A DNA stretch of 62,930 nt, counting the filler. It is 11 parts of 11 records of this genome, joined end to end, with 100 filler letters (N's around TTAATTAATTAA, not from the genome) between each part and the next. Parts side by side here need not be neighbours in the genome. Positions count along the whole stretch, not along the records: positions 1 to 5,180 come from SRR15195285_409; positions 5,281 to 9,922 come from SRR15195285_411; positions 10,023 to 13,247 come from SRR15195285_413; 8 more parts are not named here. One strand, written 5' to 3'. The notes beneath the pieces were generated by a model that saw only the letters and a program-made list of their open reading frames with translations, was not told the origin of the DNA and ran no database searches. The position numbers and the translations under genes were made by a program. Every line of letters starts with the position of its first letter. Within the stretch, counting starts at the first letter, position 1. Below are positions 1 through 11,317 of the stretch, piece by piece.

Positions 1-1179
1 TACCCAAGCGCCGGAAGTCCATCTTTAATACCGTAGGAGATGAGGGCCGCCGCACGACGAAAAATTGGTTCATCAATTGATTCCGCCGCTTTACGGTACC
101 CACATGAACCACATGTAAAGCTACTACTAGTAGATATAGTACATCCGGTACGGTACCATGAATGGATACTGTACAGCTGTACAATTTCAATTCCACAACT
201 GTCCGTCCGCGCGCATGGTCGTCCTGGTCGAGCATTTTCTCCAGATTGTCTCGGCCAGGTGTCCTCTCCAGAATGTCCTCTTGCACGATTACTGTGCTCG
301 AATGTGGTCCACTTGCCTGGGAACACCACTCAATTTCTCGGGTTTCGTCTGTCTCGGTCGTGTCTCGTCCAACAAGTAGAAGTACTACTAGTAGTATGCC
401 AACCAAGTGCGCGTTGGTGAGGCCTCAGAGCCGGTGCACAGCCCTCCCTGCCCGAAATTCCGTAAGAACCAAATGACTATTTCGCCAAGACTACGCTGTA
501 TGCATGTATATAATGTACAGGTCGAAATCAAGCGCCGGATATTTTCTTTAGAATCATATCTGCAGTCTACACTGGTAAATAGTACCATTTCTAGGGCCAC
601 TTGCTCACAGCGTCGCCAGGGTGCCGCGTACAGTCTAAGGGCTGGCAGCACTGATCTTTTGTGGAGTGAGTGCGAGGAGGCTGCATTGCCGATTCACTCC
701 GGCATTCAGCGAGGCGGCATTTCAAATTCTGGACGTCAAGCCAAACACACCCGTCATTTTCGACTCTAAATCGCTTCGAGCTGCAGATGCAACGTAAATT
801 TGCGCGTAAATTCCAGGTAGAAAGTTGTAGATACAATCAAAATTCGAACCATCATCTCAATCCCACTGATTTCTCCGAGGGTAGAAAATGTGAGACGATT
901 TTGGAATCATCCCCATGATGGGATCATCGATAGTCCAGTGATTCTCAAAAATGGCCCAGACCGATGCAGGCGGGTCGAGAAATCACTACGGTAGAGAACC
1001 GAATCAATCCATTGAAACGACGGGAAATCCATCCAACGTAATACGAGTTTTGACGGTAAATCGATTCCGAAAAATGCAGGTGGAGTTCCCGTCGTATGAG
1101 TGTTGGATTGTAGAATGACGGTAAGAATCCTCGGGGGTTTTCAGTGCGGAGATTGCGAGCAGCGGAGGGAGCGGCCTTT

Positions 1180-1410
1180 TAAGCTGCAGAGGCTGGGGCT
1201 GCTGAGGGGGCTGCTGAGGGGGCTGGTGCTGAAGGGGCTGCTGCTGAAGGGGGTGCTGAAGGGAGTGCTGAAGCTGCAGGGGCTGCTGAAGGGGGGGCTG
1301 AAGGGGGGGCTGAAGGAAAGGGTTGCTGAAGCTGCAGGGTTGCTTACGGGGGGTGTCTGCGAGGAGATTGCGAGCGGAGGGGGGCTGCTGAAGGGGGTGC
1401 TGAAGGGGCT
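1180..1410. repeat. Degenerate G-rich tandem repeat (unit about GGGGCTGCTGAA) upstream of the lectin gene
   Basis: Many imperfect copies of gggg(c/t)tgctgaag. It explains the spurious LQQP and LLKG ORFs on both strands. Confidence 0.8.
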
Positions 1411-1428
1411 TCTGTGCGAAGGGTTGCG

Positions 1429-4400
1429 ATGTCGATCTACGGGGAGGCGAGCGATGGGCTCGAGGGTGGGCTGTCGGTAAGTGGGGGTGGAGGGCAGCGG
1501 GGGCGGGCTTTGGTTCGCTGAGTGCGCATGGTCTAACGCTGCGTCTCGCAGGCACCTGGGGGAAGCGGGCCGAAGGCCGAGGTCAAGAACCCGCTCAAGG
1601 GATGCACAGACCCGGTGATGGCATGGTACGGTGCCTTGCCGGCGGATCAGCAGCAGAAGGCGAAGGTCGGCGGCGGGTGCGTGCCCGCGCAACTGGCGCG
1701 CGCCCACGGTTGGTTTGCTCGCGCGCGCAGTGCCGCTGACTCTGTGTGGCCATTCTGCACCCGCTGTGAACAGCGTGGGCCTGGTCGTCCTGGTCGGCCT
1801 GCTGCTCTATTCACTCTCGGGCCCGAGCCCGTCCGACCTGGTCTGGGGCGTTGATCCCGGCAAGTACGAGGCCGGCAGCACTCCGATGTCATTCACCGAA
1901 GCCGAAGCGTACTGCGTAGGCAAGGGATACCATCTTGCCTCGATCCACAGCCAAGAGGAGCAGGCTATGGCTGCCACTGCCTGCGCCATGCAGGAGATCG
2001 GCACGCACTGGGGCGACACCGAGCGCCCGAACGGCTGCTGGATCGGCCTGCACGTTGGCGCGCAGGAAGGCGTGTTCGAGTGGACCGATCATTCCATGGT
2101 CGACTACCTAAACTTCTACTCCGGCGAGCCGAACCAGTGCTCTATGGCTGATCTGTGGGACCGGAACCACTGTGGCTCCGAAGGCGAAAAGTACGTCGAA
2201 CTGCAGTCCAACTGGGGCTTCGCCTGGAACGACAATGGCTTGGAAGGATCGCACACACACGACGTCGAGACCCAGGCGGCGCGACAGGCAGAAATGGACG
2301 CGAGCGGCGGCGGCACCGCCACCAACTCTGCCCGTGGCATGTACCCGCTGTGCCTGAAGGAAGAGACCACGGAAATCGCCCTTGAAGGCGGCATCGACCC
2401 GAACTCGGTGGTGGGGTCGTCGAGGGCCTCTACCACCTGGCGCCTGCCGAAACCATCTTGCCGCGCCTACGGCATGGATGGGCAGGTCCAGGAAGCCGTG
2501 AAAGACCAAAACACCGGAAAGTGGGACTGCGGCCCAGAGCCGGATGGCACCAAGCCGAACTTCATCCTGATGCCGTACACTTCCTCGGCCGTTCAGGCGG
2601 AAGATATGTGCAAGGCAAAGGGTTACGCGGGCCTGGCTTCGCTGCACTCGATCGCGGACGTCAGACACGCAAAGGAACTCTGCGGCAAGTTCGCGAACCT
2701 GCACAAGGTCATCAAGGGTCTGCCGCACTCGTGCTGGATCGGGCTGTCCGACAAGGAGCAGGAGGGCGGCTTTGCCTGGATGGACTCAACCGCAGTCGAG
2801 TACCTGAACTGGTCTCCGGGCGAGCCGAATGAATGGGGTGGCGAGGAGTCCGGCGAAGACTACGTCTCCATGCGCTACGACTACGCTGGCGGCGCCTGGA
2901 ACGATGCTAACGTGCTCGGCGAGGCCGGCCACGCTGCGATGGGTAGCAACGGCGGTCACACTATGGCACAGATTACGGGCTGCCACGGCTGCTACGGCCC
3001 GGCTGGGTATTACCCTCTGTGCGAGGAGAAGCGCCCGCACGCCAGCCAGAACGGGCCGTGGGAGTGGCAGACCCTCACCGGTGCGGAGTCAGGCCGGTTC
3101 AAGGTGCTCCCTAGAGCTCTTCCGCGGGCTCACGCCATGGCTGCATGCGCGGAGAACGGCATGCACGGGCTTGCTTCCATCCACAGCCGCTCCGAGCAGA
3201 TTCAAGCAGCCAAGGTGTGCCGCCAGGTCGCGTCTGTCGACGCAGAGCTGCAGCACGGCGTAGCCGAAGGCTGCTGGATCGGCCTCACGGATGAAGGTCT
3301 TGAAGGCACCTTCCGGTGGCAAGACAACTCGCCCACAAACTTCCTGAACTGGAACTCTGGCGAACCGAACGAATGCATTGGTTGCGGTGGCGAGGACGGT
3401 GTCGAGATCGACTACCGCTGGGGCAGCCGCGACGGCTACGAGTTCGGTGGTGGCTGGAATGATGCAAATGACTTCGGTCGAGCAGGATCTGCTTCTGACG
3501 GCCGCAATCTGCAGGCCACCCACGACACCTGCTGGGGCTGCTGGGGAGCCGTCGGATACTTCCCGATCTGCCAAACTGCGCTGCCGACAGCCGAGGGTCC
3601 GCCTGAATGGAGGACTCCCTCCAAGGCCGGCACATGCGTCGGCCCAACCGGCGCCACGCAGCCGATTCAGTTTCAGCCAGGATCCAACCAGTACTCCTGC
3701 CCAATGCAAGCTGGCTACCCACAACAGGCTCCACACCCGACCAACTGCGTGGACCACCAATACGCGCAGTACCGCTTCCTGATCGAGGCTGTCCGCGGTG
3801 AAGGCGCTGCGGAGGCTCCGGGCGCAGACAGCACACACGCAGCGAACTCCGTGCAGATCGCCGAGTTCAACTTCTACGGAGGACCTGGCAAACAGTCACC
3901 AATCTTCTGCCAGGCCAGCGCAGGATGTACAGTCACCAACCCGGGCGGTGACAACCCTCAGCGCTGCGCGGGAGAGATCCAATACAACCAGGACACGCAT
4001 CGGGAGGAGTGCTCGAGCGGCGAAGGGCTTGGTTCGGAGCTTCCGCCTATGGTTGTTGACCAAGACGCCAACACGAAATGGCTTGATTTCGGAATGGTTC
4101 GCGCGAGCGATTTAGCCGGTACCGGCCAGGGATCGCAGCTGATCTTTTCGGGCGGCGCCCTCGAGCGCTCAACCGTCGTCGGCTACTCGTTCGTCACAGC
4201 GAACGATGCGCCGGAGCGCGACCCGTCCTCGTGGAAATTCCAGGGCTGCCCCCATGCAGGCGTATGCACAGAGCAGCAGTGGGTCAACCTCGACATCCGT
4301 CGTTCCTACTCCGCTCCCAATACTCGGAACTTTGAAACGCACGAGTTCGCTGTCGGTTGCGCTGGTCAGCTTACGCAGACCACGTGCACCGGCGAAACGC

Positions 4401-5180
4401 AGGCTGCTGATCAAATGTGTACGCCGCTGCCGAACAGCGAGGGGGGCTATGGCTCGTGTGCGAGCACTGGCGCCACCTGCCAAGGTGGAGTAGGTGCAGA
4501 CCACCATCAGCGGGCGTTCGTTGCCTTGCCGAAGCCGGAATCCTGGGATTCGGCTCGCCTGCTGTGCAAGCGCAATTTCGGACCGCACTCTGACCTGGCG
4601 TCGATCCACAACCCAGCGCAGCAGGCCGCTGCCGTGTCGATGTGCACACAGCTCACCAGTGGCGAAACCCTGGAAGGAGGCGTCCCAAAGGGGTGCTGGA
4701 TTGGCCTCAACGACGTAGCGACCACGCGGCGTGACGGCTTGGCGGGAGAGTCCGTGTTTAGCTGGGTTGACAGGAGCGTAGTCGACTTCATCTCGTTCGC
4801 TCCAGGCGAGCCGAACAATGTTGGCGATAACGGCGAAGACGTGACCGAGATCGACTTGCGCCAAGGCCGCCATGATGGCGCCGCGGCCGGCGCATGGAAC
4901 GACAACAACGAGCTCGCTGAAGCGGGCAACAGTGACGACATGGCCGGCTGCTATGGCTGCTACGGTACTTTTGGCAACTACCCGCTGTGCGAAACGCACG
5001 CCCCGGCTGCCGGCAGCAATGAGCTTGGCCATGCCACCGACTCATCTATTACATGCCAGATTGACCAGACGCATGACTACGGCCAGGGCGGCATTGGGGG
5101 CAAGGGCTGCACGGGCACCTACGCCACGTGCTGCATGCCCCCTCCACCGCCGCCTCCGCCCGTGACCGGAGCAGGGCAGT
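1429..5180 (+). CDS. Type II membrane protein with four C-type lectin domains and an F5/8 (discoidin)-like domain; 3' truncated
   Basis: Spliced model: exon 1429-1476 (MSIYGEASDGLEGGLS), intron 1477-1551 (GTAAGT..CTAAC..CAG), exon 1552-1676, intron 1677-1773 (GTGCGT..CTGAC..CAG), then the long ORF frame starting with hydrophobic VGLVVLVGLLLYSL. Four repeats of LASIH..CWIGL..F.W.D..GEPN..WND..YP(L/I)C. The segment QIAEF..DQDANTKWLDF..TANDAPERDPSSW resembles F5/8-type domains. Confidence 0.85.
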
Positions 5181-5280
5181 NNNNNNNNNNNNNNNNNNNN
5201 NNNNNNNNNNNNNNNNNNNNNNNNTTAATTAATTAANNNNNNNNNNNNNNNNNNNNNNNNNNNNNNNNNNNNNNNNNNNN
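5181..5280. other. Artificial contig linker
   Basis: N44-TTAATTAATTAA-N44; the core has stops in all six frames. Confidence 0.98.
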
Positions 5281-5281
5281 T

Positions 5282-8200
5282 GTTTCTGCCGGCGGAATCT
5301 CTATTGAGGAGGGAGGAGTCAACATTGCTGCCGATGGTTTGAATGTCACCGGTGGCATCGTGTCGGCTGCTGATGGTAATGGCTTCGGCTTGAAAGTGCT
5401 ATCAGGACTAACTGCACTTTCGGGCGGCGTTGAAGTTTCTGGTGGCATGACTTTAAATGACACGGGAATTGAAGTAATCAGTGGTGCGTTGAACGTAACC
5501 GCCGGTGGCGCAGCCATCAGCGGTGGCCTCATCGTAGAGGATGGACTGACTTCTAGTGGGGGCGCTGAGATTTCTGGACTCATGACCGTACAAGACGGCA
5601 TCGACGTGAGGGGTGGTGGCATTCAAGTGCTCGGTGGCGGAATGCTGGGAATCAACCAGGACGCGCCGGAGTACCTGGTCGACATAAAAGCCAAGTCCAA
5701 CATTTCAGAGCCAGCGTACTTGGGTGGTAACTCGGTTAGCAATGATCTGACTGTTGGTGCTGGTGCTGTATACGTTGGTGTGACCGACAGCAGCTTCTAT
5801 ATAGAAGTGACGTCAACTGGCACTGCTGACAAATTCCGTTGGCGGAAGTGCGACTCTGTTGCTTCAGATTGTCAGAATAGGGCAGCAGAGTGTGTGGAGG
5901 ACTTCTCAGGTGACTTGTCGATGGAAGAGTCGGAAATGAATTTAGTTGACGGCGTGACGATCTCGTTTGGGGCTGCAACAGGACACAGCACTTCGGACAG
6001 TTGGTGCTTCTCAGTCAGTGTTATCAATCCGATCGGCGTGATGGATGCTTCGGGTACCCGTACGTTCACTGTCACTCAAGACGGCGCTATGTTCGCTGCC
6101 GGTGGAGCAACTGTTCGCATGGGTATGACCGTCACAGATGGCGGTCTGACAGTTGCGGAGGGTGGGATTCACGTGGATGCGGGTGGCATGCACATCGCAA
6201 GCGGTGGGTTGACAGTCGACGGCAGTGACGGAGTGGGGATGAATGTCACAGGCGGCATGGACATCAGTGGTGGGAGTGACTTCACTGGAGGTGTGACAGT
6301 GGGGGACACCGGTTTGACTGTCAGCGCCGGCGGGATTTCCGTGGAGAGCGGTGGGATTGACGTGCAGCTGGGTGGAGTCAACGTCAGTGGGGGTGTGGTT
6401 GCTGGCGGAGGGATAACTGTTTCGGAAGGTGGTCTCACTGTAAGTGGGGGTGCTGTTGTGGGGGGAGGCCTCACTGTGCAAAACTCCGGGGTGACGGTTG
6501 AAGAGGGAGGCCTAGAAATTGCAAGCGGCGGCATGACTGTCGGTGGCGGCATGCAAATAGAAGATGGAGGGTTGGATGTTGCAGGCGAGTCAGCATTGGT
6601 TGGCGGCGTCAACGTGGTTGGCGGTCTGAGGGTAGAAGACACTGGGCTTGAGGTAACCGACGGCTTGATAAACATTACGACTGGGCAGCTCGCTATCAAC
6701 GTGCCCAATCCTGAGTACATGATTGACGTGCAATCAACTTCAGAGATATTCGAAGTACGGTCCTTGCTAGCAGATGTGAGTGCCCTGACGACAGGAGGAA
6801 TCTATACCGGTTCAGACATTAGTGCATTGGTAGAGGTGGAGATCGAGGCAGCTCAGTCTGCTGATGGTGGCAGCTTCATGTGGCGCAAGTGCAAGTGGGA
6901 GGACGACGAAAGTGCAGGGTGCTCGGACGACACTGCATGGGCGACCAATGTTCAATTCACTGCGGATACATCTATTGAACTTTTCGATGGTGTGACAATC
7001 AGCCTTGCAGGGGGGCGCATTGCAGGTGAGCAGTGGAACTTCAAGATTGCAGCGATGAACCCGTTGCGATTCGAAAATGCAGCGGGGGATCTCACGTTCT
7101 CAGTTGGCCAAGATGGTTCTGTTTTTGCCGCTGGCGGTGCCCAAGTGGAGCAAGGTCTGACAATTCTCGACTCTGGATTGACAATCACCTCCGGGGGACT
7201 GCAGGTTCTGGCCAGTTGCGTTGGCACGACCAACTCAGATCTTGACAACGATGGCCAGATGGACGATTGCGCAGTAGTATTTGCAGCAGCGGGAGCTGGG
7301 ATCGATGCCAACTGCCCAGATGAATGCACGTACAGTGCCCCTGGCGTGGAAGTCGACGGCAGTGTAGTCGTGCACACTGGTGGTGTCATCGTGGAGGAAG
7401 GGGCAATCGTTGTCGAGAATGGCGGACTGGACATTGCTGGGGCTGCCACTATTGGTGGGGGCATGTCAGTCACGGGCACTCTCGAAGTCATGAGCGGAGG
7501 TACCACAATTCACGGTGGTGGACTGTCCATCTTGGCTGACTGTACTGGAACGGGTAACGCTGGAGAAGACTGCTCGGCTGTATTCCTTGCCGCTGAACAT
7601 AAAATTGCGTCAAGCTGCCCTGCTGGCTGCTTGTTTAGCGACAATGGACTCGAGTTGGTGACGGGTGACTTGACTGTCACGTCCGGCGGAGCAATCGTGC
7701 AGGGAGATGTCAGTGTGTCAAGCAAACTGTCTGTTGCAGGGACCGCAACTTTTGACGGGGGCGTTGAGGTGGTAAACTCTGACTTGGTCGTGGCTGAGGG
7801 AGGAATTACAGTAGAGGATGGAGGCGTGACCATCAACGGCGGCCTGGACGTCCTCGACACTGGCATGATAGTTTCTGGGGGATTGACACTGAACGATGTC
7901 GGTTCCTGCCGGGCGATCGATCCGTCTACTGAAATGCACGTGGCAACTTGTGGAAACGTGGCTGCGGAAGAATCGGCCTGCAACAGCTTTACTATGGAGG
8001 TAAACGGTGTGCAGACGGCGGTGTGCGTTTTCAGAAAGGGTCTCATTGTGGAGAGCGGTGGCGTCACTGTTGATGCAGATGGGATGACTGTGGCAGGCGG
8101 CGTCCACGTTCTCGACACTGGTGTCACTGTCTCTGGCGGGAAGCTGGATGCTCGTGATGGGGCGATTGTTCAGGGTGGCCTGCAGGTGCAAAACGGAGGA

Positions 8201-9922
8201 TCTACTGAAGCTTGCGAAGCCAGCGGAATACAATCTCCCACTGCATCACAGATTCAGGCATGCCTCGACGCTGACCTGTCTGGCACTGAAACTGAGAGCG
8301 AAGCGGCTTGCCAGCAAGCCGGTTCTTTCTGCGTTTACACTCCGTGGGCTGCTGCAGTACAGGTTGCTACTGGAGGCCTTGACGTGCAGCAGGATGGTGC
8401 AAGGATTTCCGGCGGTGTGACGGTAGTTGATACTGGACTGACAGTGGAATCTGGTGGCGTCAACATTGCGGCTGGTGGACTTAATGTCACTGGTGGTATG
8501 ACAATCAACGACGTCGGCCTGATCATCTCTGAAGGAGGCATCGAAGTCGACGACGGCATGACCGTGAAGGGTGGCATGTTCATCGAAGATACCGGGCTCA
8601 CGATCACTTCCGGCGGTGCCCAGATTGACGAAGGAGGCTTGGTAGTCAGCGGCGGTATCAATGTGACCGATGCAGGGCTGACTGTGGATGCTGGCGGTGC
8701 TACAGTTTTTGGTGGTGCAGAAGTTAGTGGCGGGATCAAAGTCGCAGACGGCGGTCTGACTGTCACAGAGGGAGGCTTGGCGATTGATGGAGGTGAGCTT
8801 GGCATCAATGTCGACGTTCCTGAGTTCATGGTGGATATCCAGGCGACCATGACGTTGACCGTAAACCAGCGGTCCAACCCTGGGGAGGAAACACTTGCAG
8901 TTAGCGGTGCGTACACTGGACACACAGGCAAGAACGTGGAGGATGCCACTACGTTCAGGGTTGAGATTGAGCAGAAATCTCCTAACGGACCGTCTACCGC
9001 GACACTGTCTTACTTCAAATGGAAAAAGTGTATCGGTGGTGTGTGTGAATCCTCCCCTCCTTGGAATCAGGAGGCTGTGCCAGTCACAGGTGCACCGCAG
9101 CATTTGATGGAGAACGTCTTCGTTGAATTTGGGCGTATTAACGATCACACTGGAGACGAGTTCTGGTTGATTGATGCCGTGCCGACGAATCCTTTCGGTG
9201 TGCGCGATGCGACTGGTGCGATCACCCTGTCTGTGGGTCAAGATGGATATTTGCAAGGCTTTGGCGGTGCTTTTATCGCCGGTGGCCTAACGTCTGAAGA
9301 TCGCGTAACGATCGAAAGCGGAGGCCTGACGGTCGAGGCCGACGGTGCTACAATATCTGGCGGCGTCACCATTACCGACACCGGACTGATTGTGGAGAGC
9401 GGTGGCATGGACATAGATGGTGGGCTCACAGTCAATGGTGGACTGACTGTCGAAAGTGGAAGGCGGGCCTCATGCACCGGCGTGGCAGGAGGCGTGGACT
9501 GTGCATCAGCGTTCGAAGCAGCCGCAAGCACATCCTCCGACAATTGCCCTACAGGCTGCATGTACACCCCGTCGTCGGTAGGTCTCAGTGTTGCTGACTC
9601 AATGGAAATCTCGGGTGGTGTAGAGATCAGAGGTGGGCTGGCTGTGGAGGACGGACTTACTGTCGAGACTGGAGTCTTGGCGGTGCTGAACGGCGAGACT
9701 GTCATCTCAGACGGCCTGACTGTGCGCGCAGGCTTCACGGTGGACGGTGGCGACGCAACTTTCAGTGGTGGCGTGACGGTTGGGTTGGGGTCTTGCAACG
9801 CAGTTCACTCCGTCGATGCTGCACTGTGCAATGCTGTGGCGATCACAGAAGACCACACAGCCAGCAGCCTGGCGTGCGAGGCTGTGGCGAAGTGCTCAGC
9901 CTCCTCCAATCCAGACATGCAG
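5282..9922 (+). CDS. Giant Gly-rich beta-repeat (fibre/adhesin-like) protein with inserted globular and Cys-rich modules; partial at both ends
   Basis: Reading frame is open across the whole contig (in frame from 5282, VSAGGISIEEGG..). Dozens of GG(L/M/V)x(V/I)xxGG repeats, three copies of a ~150-aa insert and six Cys modules. Confidence 0.85.
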
Positions 9923-10022
9923 NNNNNNNNNNNNNNNNNNNNNNNNNNNNNNNNNNNNNNNNNNNNTTAATTAATTAANNNNNNNNNNNNNNNNNNNNNN
10001 NNNNNNNNNNNNNNNNNNNNNN
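9923..10022. other. Artificial contig linker
   Basis: N44-TTAATTAATTAA-N44. Confidence 0.98.
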
Positions 10023-10597
10023 TAATGCTCACAATGCCCCGGGCATACTAGGCAGTCAAAAGTTCAAACCTTTTGACTCACTCGCCATTCCTACCTTAGC
10101 CGCGCTGTACCCTTGTTCGCGCACGGGCGTACATGCCCACTTGAGTGTACGCACAGTGGCACAAACAGCGTCAAAGCGGCGTCCGTGGTCAATCTTGCTG
10201 TCGTCGCGGTCAACAAACTCCATTTTCCGTTTCTTTCGCGCCTCGCAGCGATTCTTGTGGCCAGTGTCCGCAAACCACACTTTCTGCTTTCCCACGGAAT
10301 CGCAATCTTCGCAAAACAGGTAGCTCCACTTTCCATCCTTTCCACTGCGTTTTGTGTTGTCTTGTCGTTGGCGCCCACCGGCAACGGTGATGACAGGATT
10401 TCGTCAAGATCTTCCACGCCCGTGCCACTACCTGCGAACAGCTCGGCACTGGCCCACCCATCCGCCATGCTCGCACGTGGTGCAGCCGATGGCTGCTGGC
10501 TCGGGGCGCGCCGCTGGGCGCGCCGCTGGGCGCGTGCGTGGGCGGTGCATGTGGGCAGGTTGCCCGCCGGTGGCGCGCCGGGGTTATGTAAAACTAG

Positions 10598-11264
10598 ACA
10601 TTCCGGCGCTTAGTAGACTCGAGTTCATTCACTGACCCAGGCGCGCCTGTCGCCGGTGGGATTTTAAAACCATGCGATCCCAAACTGTATGCGACGCTAC
10701 TGCGTGCCAAAGAATTGATCCCAGCCGAGCTGCTGATCGGTGGTACGTTTTGGTCCACGCTTACGATGGTCGGCGACTTGAAAGACGGCTGCAATCATCT
10801 GCATGTAGATGGCCACGACGTGGTGTCGCTGATAATTCAAGTCGGGCCCGATGTGCAGTCAGGTGGGGCAACCGTGTACTACGACGGCGACAAAATGTAC
10901 AAAGGCAATGGCGACACGTTCAAAGGTTCGCGAGGCCGCTCGCTCACAGGCGACTCGGAGTGGCCGTGTGCCACAGTCGGCTATCGATGCTGAACTAAAA
11001 GCATTCGACGACAAGGATCTACGACTACGCTCCGTAGGACCAGATGTGCGCAAGCGCGAGGCCAAGCGGCGGCTGATGGATATCGACGTGAAAGCTGGCC
11101 AGCCTGGTACGAACTTGTGTCGATTCACCGGTCAAGCCACACTTGGGCCACCGAAAAAGGGAAATCCCCTGTTTTCGATTTTTCGAGGGGGCTGGGACTT
11201 GGGAGTCATGACGGTCGCACAAAGACGAAGAATCTGGGAAGACTATAAGATATGTTCAAAGTAG
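10598..11264 (+). pseudogene. Possible fragment of a 2OG-Fe(II) dioxygenase (TET/JBP-like), apparently disrupted
   Basis: Stop-free stretch 10598-10993 reads ..LYATLLRAKELIPAELLIGGTFWSTLTMVGDLKDGCNHLHVDGHDVVSLIIQVGPDVQSGGATVYY, i.e. HxD..D followed by the GG motif. No distal His is visible, and protein-like sequence continues in another frame to 11264. Confidence 0.35.
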
Positions 11265-11317
11265 AATAAATATATTGGGGTTGTACGTTTACACGAGCTG
11301 GTTGAACGCGAATTTTG

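Noticed and set aside
1004-1707. Gln/Pro/Leu-rich ORFs on both strands
   Set aside because: They are translations of the G-rich minisatellite and overlap a better-supported spliced gene.
6011-9798. Long antisense ORFs inside the fibre gene (and similar ones in other long genes)
   Set aside because: Shadow ORFs from GC-rich, repetitive codon usage, with no motifs.
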